From Gammaproteobacteria bacterium (GTDB lineage: Bacteria > Pseudomonadota > Gammaproteobacteria > CBDBNL01 > JAAOII01), in NCBI GenBank assembly GCA_965209035.1, contig OZ242372.1, positions 1,888,001-1,952,000 on the forward strand: a stretch of DNA of 64,000 bases. Reading direction: 5' to 3'. Below the pieces are notes generated by a model. That model searched no databases. It was not told the origin of the DNA and worked only from the letters and a program-made list of their open reading frames with translations. Below are positions 21,011 to 30,480 of the stretch, one piece after another (positions within the stretch are counted from its first letter, which is position 1; every line of letters starts with the position of its first letter). The position numbers and the translations under genes were made by a program.

Positions 21011-22075
21011 TTATTTTTTGTCAGACTGCCGGGCCGTAGCGCGATAACCGGTCGGCAGAGGGCGCGTATACTTGTCAATGAAGGGGGCCGCCACATTAAA
21101 AAACAGAATCGCAAAAGCAATTGCATCCGCATATCCGCCCCATGTGCGGATGATATATGTCATGATGCCTATGCCGAACCCATAAATGAGCCGGGCCCTG
21201 TAGCCTGTGGCGGCGGATACCGGGTCCGTGGCGATGAAGAACGCGCCGTATAGCCCGGCACCGAACACCAAGTGAAACCAGACGGGCGGGAAAGCGGGGC
21301 CGCCCGACAGATCAAACACTAAACTCGGCAGCAGCAGCCCGGCCAAAAGTGCCAGCGGGATGTGCCAGGTGATGATTCTTTTCCAAAGTAGCCAGGCACC
21401 GCCCAGGACAGACATCAGATTCATTAAGAGAAACGCGGGCAGTGAATGTGCGGGGGAATGTGCGGGGGAATGCGCGGAGGAATGTGCGGAGGCATCTCCC
21501 GAACTCCACCATGTGCCAAATACCGGCTTCGCCTCCTGCTGAAAGACACCGCGATAAGCATCCAAGGCGGTAGCGCCTGTCATGCCGTCCGGTGCGGTCG
21601 CATCGCCGATCAATTTTAGTCGTAAGAGAGTCAGATCATTCAGGTAGATTAGCAATTTGGGTTCCAGCCAAGAAGTCATCGCAACGGGGAAACTTAAAAG
21701 AAGCATCGCATAGGCGAGCATGGCCGGATTGAACGGGTTGTTTCCCAGGCCGCCGTATATGTGCTTGCCGATCACTATCATAAACACGGCACCCAAGGCG
21801 AGTTCCGCAGGAGGTAACTGGGGAGGCAGACAAAGTGCGAGCAGGACACCGCCGACAAGGGCGCTCAGATCCGCAAGGGCGTCCGGGATGTTCTTGCGGG
21901 CGATGGCAAGGCAGGCGACCTCCGTGGCAAGAGCGACCGCACAGATCACGAGAATGTTGATTAGGACACCCCAGCCAAAAAATAAAATCTGTGCAACAGT
22001 TAAAGGCAGGACAGCCAGTAAGACATGCAGCATCACCTGTGTCACTGTCGTTTGTTTGGAAATTTTGCCCGGCAT
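21011..22075 (-). CDS. rnfD: Rnf electron transport complex subunit D
   Basis: KHIYGGLGNNPFNPAM, DGMTGATAL, GAFFIATDPVS. Confidence 0.93.
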   Translation of the reverse strand: MPGKISKQTTVTQVMLHVLLAVLPLTVAQILFFGWGVLINILVICAVALATEVACLAIARKNIPDALADLSALVGGVLLALCLPPQLPPAELALGAVFMIVIGKHIYGGLGNNPFNPAMLAYAMLLLSFPVAMTSWLEPKLLIYLNDLTLLRLKLIGDATAPDGMTGATALDAYRGVFQQEAKPVFGTWWSSGDASAHSSAHSPAHSPAHSLPAFLLMNLMSVLGGAWLLWKRIITWHIPLALLAGLLLPSLVFDLSGGPAFPPVWFHLVFGAGLYGAFFIATDPVSAATGYRARLIYGFGIGIMTYIIRTWGGYADAIAFAILFFNVAAPFIDKYTRPLPTGYRATARQSDKK

Positions 22076-22206
22076 TTTTTATTGGTATTACTTATAAGTT
22101 ATAAAGGATTTTGATATGGGTTGTGCAAAACGCCAAGGGCAGTGACGGTAATCATTGGAAAAAGTGAGTGCCCGATTGATGATGTGTCTTGCTACCCGGT
22201 TGCGTG

Positions 22207-22314
22207 CAAGGACTTAATGCGTTAGGACGTTATGGTGTTAGGGTCAATGTCTTTGTGAGAAAGGCCACTGCCGATCACAAGGACTTAATGCGTTAGGACG
22301 TTATGGTGTTAGGG
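22207..22314. repeat. Perfect 37-bp direct repeat pair flanking a 34-bp unique segment
   Basis: caaggacttaatgcgttaggacgttatggtgttaggg at 22207-22243 and 22278-22314; the second copy contains the mcrC stop codon. Confidence 0.95.
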
Positions 22315-23759
22315 CCTGCAGGGGATGGATGTTGTGATGCCTGTTTGATGATTGTTTTCAGTTCCTTTTCTGTTTTTATTAGAACCTTATTGGCCGGTCC
22401 TGCCTCCAATGCCGATGACAGGTCGACCGGAACGATGTACAAATCAAGCCCGCGGTTCAAATTGTCGGCGTTTTGTTGTTTCATTTCTTCGAAAGGCTCG
22501 CGTAAATGAACAGTGTCCTGAAAGTTCTTGTTCTCCGGGTAAAGCAGTGCCAAGGACACAGGTCGTTTTTCCGCACGTGCATAACGCATACCATAAGAAT
22601 ACAGTTGATAAAGATCCGCCTGCGAGATGCCATAATTGCTTTCCTTGTTTTTCGTATTGATGATTTTCCACTTGGTATCCAGTATGAGGAGTGCCCGGTT
22701 GTCGGGTGAATTTTTGGGGGACCCGGGTCGCATCACCATATCCGGCCTCATTTGAAAACTGATTCCGTTACTTTTCTTTTCTTTCATTAAATAGTGACTT
22801 TGGTCTTGCGATTTGAGATTGTAGTTTTGATCTTGCGCGAAGCCGGACAACTTTTCGGCAACATAGCATTCAAAGACATCGTGCATCTGAAACAGAAGAG
22901 AATACAGTTTTTGTTGTGCCCGCCAACCGGCCGGATGCCATCTTGACAAAATAAGACGCGCCAGCTTTAGCGGGGTGGTGTAGTAATCGCGGATGTTGCG
23001 TTGCAGATGGATGCGTTTGTCCTCTTCCCGCCAATCCTGTGCCTGTGTATGTGTAATAGAGCGGACACCGTCAAAATAAGGAAGGATCTGCATCATCTTA
23101 TTGCGAGTCGCCGTATTCTTTGCCAACATTAATCCTACTTCTATGGCGGCCCTGATGACCCGATTGACCGGCCTGTCCGGGGTGAATTCGTCATACCGGA
23201 CATAAAATCGCTCCTTGTGTGCGAAGTTATGACGCAGATGTTGGTTCATATCCAACTTGCCTTTGAATCGGTATAGGTTATCTTCCCTGGTGACATAGGC
23301 ACGTGCCAGGCCGCGGCGCAGCAGTTTGGTAACCTCCGCATGCAACAGAATTAACAAGAAATCCATCAACGGCAAGTTCTTATGGGTCTCAATATGGACA
23401 TCGTCAATTTGAATCATCTTGTCTCTTGCCAAATAGGCAGCAAGCATCTTGAGAAAGATTTCGCGTGTGTCTTCGTCTTTTTCCGGTTGAGATTTCTTTT
23501 CCGCAGACTGTCCCAGATCAATTTTGGGCAGAACTTCTACCGACGTGCCACCCGGGGTTTCTATGGTGCCGACGAATCCGCGAGCTTGTAACTTCTGATC
23601 TCCTATGCCAAAGAGTTGTTTGGCGTGTTCGTCGTTATATTTGCAAAGACAAGTTTTTAATTCTTTAAAGCGTGTTTTGTTAAGGCGTTCTTTGCCAATG
23701 TTTTTACTGCTTGAATGAATGTACCCAAACTCTCTGACAGTTAAATGGAAGCCGCTCAT
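22293..23759 (-). CDS. mcrC: McrC-family restriction nuclease subunit
   Basis: VEVLPKI, YDEFTPDRPVNR, FECYV, PD-(D/E)xK core MRPDMV...ILDTKWK, SQADLYQLYSYG; 4-nt overlap with the mcrB stop. Confidence 0.92.
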   Translation of the reverse strand: MSGFHLTVREFGYIHSSSKNIGKERLNKTRFKELKTCLCKYNDEHAKQLFGIGDQKLQARGFVGTIETPGGTSVEVLPKIDLGQSAEKKSQPEKDEDTREIFLKMLAAYLARDKMIQIDDVHIETHKNLPLMDFLLILLHAEVTKLLRRGLARAYVTREDNLYRFKGKLDMNQHLRHNFAHKERFYVRYDEFTPDRPVNRVIRAAIEVGLMLAKNTATRNKMMQILPYFDGVRSITHTQAQDWREEDKRIHLQRNIRDYYTTPLKLARLILSRWHPAGWRAQQKLYSLLFQMHDVFECYVAEKLSGFAQDQNYNLKSQDQSHYLMKEKKSNGISFQMRPDMVMRPGSPKNSPDNRALLILDTKWKIINTKNKESNYGISQADLYQLYSYGMRYARAEKRPVSLALLYPENKNFQDTVHLREPFEEMKQQNADNLNRGLDLYIVPVDLSSALEAGPANKVLIKTEKELKTIIKQASQHPSPAGPNTITS

Positions 23760-25894
23760 CCGTTGTCATCGTCCGATTTTTTGTTCTCTGCGTTTTTATA
23801 GATTTCTTGATAACTTCCCGGCTTATTTAAAACATCTTTTAACTCCTGTCCTTCGCGGAGCATCATCTTGCCTTCTTTTGTCTTGCAAAAACCCTTACCC
23901 AGAATCTCGGCAATATCATCGTCTTGTTCGAAATAATACTCTCGTAAAAGGGGGATGATGTTATGTTCAAAGATCTCTTGTAGTTTTTCGAAAGCGTCTT
24001 TTCCGGATAATTGTTTAAGTTTTAAAAAATAACTGTGACCAATTTGGTGATCCCGGTCCAGAAGTTTCTTAATTTTTTTATTGATCTGTTCGAGAAGTTT
24101 TTCGATTTCTATGCCTTCGATATTTACTTCTTTTAAGAGCGTAGGATCCGGCATCACTTCCTCAAAATGAAACCTGCGTCTTAGTGCCGTGTCCAGAAAG
24201 GCAATAGACCTATCCGCCGTATTCATCGTGCCGATTATATAGAGATTGTTTGGGACACCAAATAACTCCTGAGAATAAGGCAGAGTGACGCTTAATGCTT
24301 CGTCATTCCCGATGCGTTTGTCCTCTTCCAACAGAGTAATTAATTCGCCCAGAATTTTGGAAATGTTTCCGCGGTTAATCTCGTCAATAATCAAGACATA
24401 GTTTCCCGGTAAGACATCGCTTTGTTTATATTCTTTAAGGTCTAACTTCTCACGCATGTAATCATAAACTCCACGGACATAAGAAGGAAAATGACCGTCG
24501 TATTCACCGGTCATATATAGTGTTCTTACCCCTTCTATGGATACAGGTATGGGTACAGGGTTTGGATTATTGTTCGTGCTACTCTCGGGTATGATGTAAA
24601 AAGTGTTTTTACTTTTATCCACTATATTAAATTTTTTCTTGTGCCAAATAGTTGCAAAACCCGATAAAATCTTATTTTTGGATTCTTGGCGCAATTCTTC
24701 TATACTCTCAATTGCGTCGCCAAAATAATCTTCTTCGCCTCTTTGTGCAATACTACAAATTTCTTTGAATATACCCGGTTCAACTCTATAAGCAATATTC
24801 CCTTCAACCATCTTCGGCTTGATACCTTCCACAAAATCTTCATAGCCATAACTCTGATGAAATGTTACAAACCTAATCTTGCCTTCATCTCTTAGTTCTT
24901 CATAGCGAGTATTAATACTTTTTCTGTCTCCCGGGATATCCGGTCCGTCAATAATTTTTACCGCTATTTCTTTGGTAATATAAGTTTTGCCTGTCCCCGG
25001 AGGGCCTTGCAAAATCTGATTTAGCGGATATGCGATCTCCGTATCATGATTTTGTATCTCACCGGGTCGCCATTTCTTTTTTAATTCGGGCTGGTAAAAA
25101 GTAAAGCCATTTTTCCATTTTTCTTCTTTGGCAAGGTCATTTCTTATGTCAAAGAGCATACGATCAATCTCTATCTTGGTTTTGTGAGTGGCAGACTCTT
25201 TGGCAAAGGTTTTTACAATTTGACGCTTGGGATCAATGGCCACAATCGCTTCATATGTATCCGGGAACAGGGTGTAAAGAAGGGCATGGCGAGTAGTGCG
25301 GTTCATTGTTATGGGTAAACTTTTTTTCTCTTGTTCTTTTTCCCATCTCTCTAGATATTCTCCAAACTTCCACGCATCGCTTAGCAATGCCTCTTTTTCT
25401 GTCCGGTTTTTGGATGTCCATTTCTGAAAGAAAAGAATGAAATAGTAGAGTTCGCGATGGATATGTGTTTGGAAACCGGTCCCTATCCCTATGAGACCAC
25501 CCAGTGTGTCTGTCAAGTGATACTGTTGAATTTTTATTTTCTTGTCATCCAATTCTTCACCGGACCATCTCCAAATTTCTTTGATTTTTTTTATTTTTGT
25601 TTCCGGTTTTCCGTTTTTTAGAAGATACATGATCCAATAAATTTCAGCCATTAATTGCTTTACTTCTCCGGGGGCATATTCTAAATGAGATTTCAATTTC
25701 TCTATAAAAGTTCCGGTGCCGGTGTCCAAGTTTTCGATAAAGGCATTTTGCAAACCGACGTTAAAGTTCTCATGTGTCCAGAGTTCCTTGTCCGTGAAAA
25801 CAGATTTGTTGTTGAGGAGGCAGCGGTCTTTCCAGTATTCGGCTGCTGTTAATACGGGTGTGGAGTCTGCTCCTTCCCAAATGTATCGTGACAT
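23756..25894 (-). CDS. mcrB: McrB-family AAA+ GTPase subunit (type IV modification-dependent restriction)
   Basis: GPPGTGKT, FVTFHQSYGYEDFVEGIKP, IIDEINRGN, GTMNTADRSIAFLDTALRRRF; about 290-aa N-terminal extension. Confidence 0.95.
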   Translation of the reverse strand: MSRYIWEGADSTPVLTAAEYWKDRCLLNNKSVFTDKELWTHENFNVGLQNAFIENLDTGTGTFIEKLKSHLEYAPGEVKQLMAEIYWIMYLLKNGKPETKIKKIKEIWRWSGEELDDKKIKIQQYHLTDTLGGLIGIGTGFQTHIHRELYYFILFFQKWTSKNRTEKEALLSDAWKFGEYLERWEKEQEKKSLPITMNRTTRHALLYTLFPDTYEAIVAIDPKRQIVKTFAKESATHKTKIEIDRMLFDIRNDLAKEEKWKNGFTFYQPELKKKWRPGEIQNHDTEIAYPLNQILQGPPGTGKTYITKEIAVKIIDGPDIPGDRKSINTRYEELRDEGKIRFVTFHQSYGYEDFVEGIKPKMVEGNIAYRVEPGIFKEICSIAQRGEEDYFGDAIESIEELRQESKNKILSGFATIWHKKKFNIVDKSKNTFYIIPESSTNNNPNPVPIPVSIEGVRTLYMTGEYDGHFPSYVRGVYDYMREKLDLKEYKQSDVLPGNYVLIIDEINRGNISKILGELITLLEEDKRIGNDEALSVTLPYSQELFGVPNNLYIIGTMNTADRSIAFLDTALRRRFHFEEVMPDPTLLKEVNIEGIEIEKLLEQINKKIKKLLDRDHQIGHSYFLKLKQLSGKDAFEKLQEIFEHNIIPLLREYYFEQDDDIAEILGKGFCKTKEGKMMLREGQELKDVLNKPGSYQEIYKNAENKKSDDDNG

Positions 25895-26214
25895 AATGAT
25901 TTTTATTTTTCTATTTCTTAATGTTTAATCCGCCATTCAGTTAATGGCGGTGATAGATGTATTTTACTCGTTTTTCGGGGGGCAAGCATTTTGAGTGGCT
26001 TCTTTCATATATAACAAACTTTATTCGTTTGGCTTCATATATACCTCATATTCAAAGTATTTTTTCCAATGCAACTTAATCATGCAACCTACACACAACT
26101 TGGGGGGAGTTTTTACGCAAACAAACCGGAAACAAACGAAGCAAGATGCATCTGAACAAAACCGGTTTCTCGGTCTTTGGGTTTATTCACTTGAAGCGAT
26201 CACGAACAGGGTTT

Positions 26215-27168
26215 TTATGCCTTACTGCCATATAGTGCTTTATACAATTTATGCCACTTTTCCTTATATCCCGCTTCGTAAAAGTCAAAGCTTTTTTTCG
26301 CGCTGTTATTTACAAATAGTTTATTCTCTTCTTCTTTGCGTATCAGATACAGTAATTTGTCGTTTTCCAGTCTGTTCTCGCTCTTTTCTTTCGCCTCGTT
26401 TATTCTGCCCCATGCTATTATGATCGCCGCATGATGGCTTCGGTGCAGTATTCGTTCATAGTAATCCGGGAATAGGAGATACAACAGGGCGTGGCGAATT
26501 GCGGTGTTGTATAGTTTGATAGTTGAACCCTGTTGCCGCGTCTCCCGCTCCACCCGAACACTGTGCGATTCTTCCCATGTTTGCAAGTATTTGCCAAACT
26601 TCCAAGGATTGCAACATTCCCGTGGATCTCCCCATAACAAGTCCTCTTGTTCTGTCTGGGATTTTGACTTCCAATCCTGTAACCAAAGAGTGCAATAGTA
26701 TAGTCCTTGCCATGCATAATCAATAATGATTTTGAACTCGGCAATTCCATCCTGCAGACAATCAAGGAGCATCTTGTTTATTCGTCCTGTTTCGGGGAAA
26801 ATTTCCTTCGGGCCCGACCATTCCCATATTGTTTTAATGTCTTGGATTTTACTATCCTTTCTTTTGGTGTAGTTTGGCAACATTAACATCATGAACCAGT
26901 AGATTTCGGCGACCAGTTGTTTTACTTCCGGCGGGGCGGATTTTAACTGATTCTCCAAACTCCCAATGAAATGACCTCTTTTAATGTTCAAGTTTTCAAT
27001 ATAGTGGGTTTGCAAATGTTTAAAGTTCTCCGGCGTCCAGAGTTCCTTATCCGTGAAAACGGATTTGTTGGCGAGCAGGCATCTGTTTTTCCAGTATTCC
27101 ACCGCATTCAGAATAGGGGTTATGTTTTTGTCTTCCCCATTCTCATCTTTCCCAATGTAACGAGCCAT
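26215..27168 (-). CDS. Stand-alone paralogue of the McrB N-terminal domain
   Basis: Aligns by eye with McrB residues 1 to about 280 (EYWK.RCLL.NKSVFTDKELWT.ENF; EVKQL.AEIYW; WKFG.YL; RHALLY.LFPD.YE); lacks the AAA+ domain. Confidence 0.88.
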   Translation of the reverse strand: MARYIGKDENGEDKNITPILNAVEYWKNRCLLANKSVFTDKELWTPENFKHLQTHYIENLNIKRGHFIGSLENQLKSAPPEVKQLVAEIYWFMMLMLPNYTKRKDSKIQDIKTIWEWSGPKEIFPETGRINKMLLDCLQDGIAEFKIIIDYAWQGLYYCTLWLQDWKSKSQTEQEDLLWGDPRECCNPWKFGKYLQTWEESHSVRVERETRQQGSTIKLYNTAIRHALLYLLFPDYYERILHRSHHAAIIIAWGRINEAKEKSENRLENDKLLYLIRKEEENKLFVNNSAKKSFDFYEAGYKEKWHKLYKALYGSKA

Positions 27169-27429
27169 AATTTATATTCTTTTGTGATGTAAATGTATTA
27201 CTTAAATTCCCGGTTAATTTGCATCTGCGATATTGATGTAAAGCATTGTAAGAGGATAACGGCAAAAATCCGGCAAGATCCGACACAACATACTATCTGT
27301 GAAATGTCCCTGTGATACCAAATGGGAACAGAGTTTCGTCGTTTTAGCCATTAGGGCAATATTTTAGTTAAGTTAAAATGGTGTGATGGAATATAAAGTT
27401 TTCTACGCAAGACCCCTGTTTTATTATTG

Positions 27430-28395
27430 ATGAGCATTACATACCATAATCAACAGTTCGCTTCCGCTGGCTATCCGCAGGTCTTTGTGATTAATTTACG
27501 CCGTAGCGCGGAAAGGCGCGAGAGTGTCCGGGAGCAACTCGGCAAGGCGAATATTCCCTATGCTCTGGTTGAAGCCGTTGACGGTAAGGAGATAACGGCG
27601 GATACTCTGGCTGCTTATAACTATTTCAAGGGTCAAAGAAAAGAATTGCCGGCGAACAATACTGCCTACCTCAATGGCGGTAAGAACTATCAGATACTAT
27701 CTTCAATTCTGGATCACGATATGGCAACGGGGGAAATAGGCTGTTTTCTCAGCCATTGCAAGATATACGCTCATATCCTCCAACACAAAATCCCGCTGTC
27801 AGTGATTTTGGAAGATGATGTATTGCTATCGCCGGATTTTTGCAAGGCACTCCTCGGATTAAAAAATTATTATCATGAGTATGGGGTTATTTTTCTGGGG
27901 ACTCACTACTTCCGCCCCAAATCTTTTATAGAAAAAAACTGTCCTATGTCCTTGTGGGGAAGAAAGAAGGTAACATCCGCGACAAAACTGGGTCATTTTA
28001 TTGATATCCCGTTTGCTTCTCATGGTTATGCGGTTTCTTGGCAGGGGGCTTGCGGTCTGCTTTCTCTCGCCATGCCGATGAGTGTTCCTTTGGATTGGTT
28101 ATTCACTCTTGGTCTTTATGACGATCGCTATCAAATTGCAGGCGTGAAACCTGAGATCGCCATGCAAGATCCTTCGAAAAATTCTACGATAGAAAGACAA
28201 CCCCGAGTTAATTCGACTGACTATGGACCCGGGAGGATACCTTGGAAAAATTATTTGAAGAAACGGTTTCCGTTATTACATCGTTTCTGGCTGGCAGTCA
28301 GGCAGGCAAGGTTGGCGGTCAGGCAGGCGGTCAAGCACTTGTGCAAACGGCTGAGGACAACCATGCTTCAGATGCTTCCAATCCGGCAGGTTTGA
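27430..28395 (+). CDS. Glycosyltransferase family 25 (LPS/LOS biosynthesis), copy 1
   Basis: FVINL..S.ERR, EAVDG, GEIGCFLSH, ILEDDV. Confidence 0.9.
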   Translation: MSITYHNQQFASAGYPQVFVINLRRSAERRESVREQLGKANIPYALVEAVDGKEITADTLAAYNYFKGQRKELPANNTAYLNGGKNYQILSSILDHDMATGEIGCFLSHCKIYAHILQHKIPLSVILEDDVLLSPDFCKALLGLKNYYHEYGVIFLGTHYFRPKSFIEKNCPMSLWGRKKVTSATKLGHFIDIPFASHGYAVSWQGACGLLSLAMPMSVPLDWLFTLGLYDDRYQIAGVKPEIAMQDPSKNSTIERQPRVNSTDYGPGRIPWKNYLKKRFPLLHRFWLAVRQARLAVRQAVKHLCKRLRTTMLQMLPIRQV

Positions 28396-28415
28396 GGCGG
28401 AATTGTTTTCATCGG

Positions 28416-29348
28416 ATGAGCATTACATACCATAATCAACAGTTCGCTTCCGCCGGCTATCCGCAGATCTTTGTGATTAATTTACGTAGCAGTGCGGAAA
28501 GACGCGAGAGTATCCGGGAGCAACTCGGCAAGGCGAATATTCCCTATGCTTTGGTTGAAGCCGTTGACGGCAAGGAGATAACGGCGGACACTCCGGCTGC
28601 TTACAACTATTTTAAGAATCAAAGAGAAGAATTGCCGGCGAACAATACTGCCTACCTCAATGGCGGTAAGAACTATCAGATACTATCTTCAATTTTAGAG
28701 CATGATATGACAACGGGAGAAATAGGCTGTTTTCTCAGCCATTGCAAGATATATGCTCATATTGTTGAACACAAAATCCCGCTGTCAGTGATCTTGGAAG
28801 ATGATGTGTTGCTATCGACGGATTTCTGCAAGACGCTCCTTGGATTAAAGCATTATTATCACGAGTATGGGGTTATTTTTCTGGGGACTCACTACTTCCG
28901 GCACAAATCTTTTATAGAAAAAAATTGCCCTATGTACTTGTGGGGAAGAAAGAAGGTGACATCTAAGACCAAACTGGGTCATTTTATTGATATCCCGTTC
29001 GCTTCTCATGGTTATGCGGTTTCTAGGCAGGGGGCTTGTGGTCTGCTTTCTCTTGCTATGCCGATGAGTGTTCCTTTGGATTGGTTACTCACTCTTGGTC
29101 TTTATGACAATCGCTACAAAGTTGCAGGCGTAAAACCTGAGGTCGCAGTGCAGGATCCTGCAAAAAATTCCACGATAGAAAGGCACCCCGGGGTTAATTC
29201 GGCTGATTATGGACCCGGGAAAATACCTTGGAAAAATTATCTGAAGAAACGGTTTCCATTATTACATGGTTTCTGGCTGGCGTTCAGGCACTTTCGCCGC
29301 CGGCTGATGACAACCATGCTCCAGATTTTTCCGACCCGGCCGGCTTAA
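28416..29348 (+). CDS. Glycosyltransferase family 25, copy 2
   Basis: Same motifs; start set at MSITYHNQQ by homology to copy 1. Confidence 0.9.
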   Translation: MSITYHNQQFASAGYPQIFVINLRSSAERRESIREQLGKANIPYALVEAVDGKEITADTPAAYNYFKNQREELPANNTAYLNGGKNYQILSSILEHDMTTGEIGCFLSHCKIYAHIVEHKIPLSVILEDDVLLSTDFCKTLLGLKHYYHEYGVIFLGTHYFRHKSFIEKNCPMYLWGRKKVTSKTKLGHFIDIPFASHGYAVSRQGACGLLSLAMPMSVPLDWLLTLGLYDNRYKVAGVKPEVAVQDPAKNSTIERHPGVNSADYGPGKIPWKNYLKKRFPLLHGFWLAFRHFRRRLMTTMLQIFPTRPA

Positions 29349-29368
29349 GGCGCAATGATTCCAATCGG

Positions 29369-30349
29369 ATGAGCATTGAATATCATAATCAACAGTTCGC
29401 TTCCGCGGGTTATCCGCAGGTGTTCGTCATTAATTTATCGCGCAGCGTGAAAAGACGCAAGAGCATGCTGGAACAACTTGGCAAAGTAAATATTCCTTAC
29501 GCTCTGGTTGAAGCCATTGACGGCAAGGGTATAACGGCAGATGCTCCGGCTGCTTATAACTATTTCAAGGATCAAAGAGAAGAATTGCCAACGAATAATA
29601 CTGCCTATCTTAAAAGTTTCATGCTGCCCGGCGGCGGAAAAAACTTTCAAGTGTCATCTTCAATTATAGATCGCGATATGACGAGAGGAGAAATAGGCTG
29701 TTTTCTCAGTCATTGCAAGATATACGCTCATATCCTTCAACACAAAATCCCACTGTCAGTGATTTTGGAAGATGATGTGTTACTATCGCCGGATTTTGGT
29801 GATGTGCTCCTTGGGTTAAAACATTATTATGATGAGTATGAAGTGATTTTTCTTGGCACTAACTACTCCGGTTACAGATCTTTGATAGAGGAAGGCTGCC
29901 CTGTCTCTTTGTGGGGAAAAAAGAAGGTGACATCCGCGACTAAAATAGGTCATTTTGTTGATGTTCCCCTTGGTAGTCATGCTTATGTTGTTTCTTGGCG
30001 AGGGGTTCGCTGTCTGTTTTCTCTGGCTATGCCGATGAGCATTCCATTGGATTTGATGCTTACTCTTGGTTTCTATGATAATCGCTATAAAATTACAGGC
30101 ATAAAACCGGAGGCTGTCATGATAAAAGAAGATTTACAGAAAAATTCTGCAATAGATGGAATAGATATACGGCCGATGCTGCTTGTCAGACCGCCCTGGA
30201 GAGACAGGCTGGAAAAATGGCTTCCCTTATTACATCATTTCCTACGTGTGCTCTGGCGCTTTCCCCGACGTCTGAGAATAACCATGCTCCAGGTTTTTCC
30301 AACCTGGCCGGCTCAAAAGACGAAATTATTCCAATCGGATGAGCATTGA
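29369..30349 (+). CDS. Glycosyltransferase family 25, copy 3 (more divergent)
   Basis: Same motifs; start at MSIEYHNQQ. Confidence 0.9.
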   Translation: MSIEYHNQQFASAGYPQVFVINLSRSVKRRKSMLEQLGKVNIPYALVEAIDGKGITADAPAAYNYFKDQREELPTNNTAYLKSFMLPGGGKNFQVSSSIIDRDMTRGEIGCFLSHCKIYAHILQHKIPLSVILEDDVLLSPDFGDVLLGLKHYYDEYEVIFLGTNYSGYRSLIEEGCPVSLWGKKKVTSATKIGHFVDVPLGSHAYVVSWRGVRCLFSLAMPMSIPLDLMLTLGFYDNRYKITGIKPEAVMIKEDLQKNSAIDGIDIRPMLLVRPPWRDRLEKWLPLLHHFLRVLWRFPRRLRITMLQVFPTWPAQKTKLFQSDEH

Positions 30350-30383
30350 ATATCATAATCAACAGTTCGCTCCCGCGGGCTAT
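30339..30383 (+). pseudogene. 5' remnant of a fourth GT25 copy
   Basis: atgagcattgaatatcataatcaacagttcgctcccgcgggctat repeats the copy-3 start (with the same upstream attccaatcgg), then homology stops. Confidence 0.85.
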
Positions 30384-30480
30384 TTTTTTGATATCGAATT
30401 CAAGAGTGCCGCATAGGGAGAGGGGAGTGTTATCTTATCCATAACTTAGGGCATGCAAATCCTTCCATAAAATAACAACG

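Noticed and set aside
22207-22314. Integron attC/attI site suggested by GTTAGG/GTTATG motifs
   Set aside because: The motifs are all in direct orientation, there is no inverted RYYYAAC...GTTRRRY pair, and no integrase is in the window.
28242-29368. N-terminal extensions of GT25 copies 2 and 3 in the ORF track
   Set aside because: They overlap the preceding paralogue in another frame; homology places the starts at 28416 and 29369.
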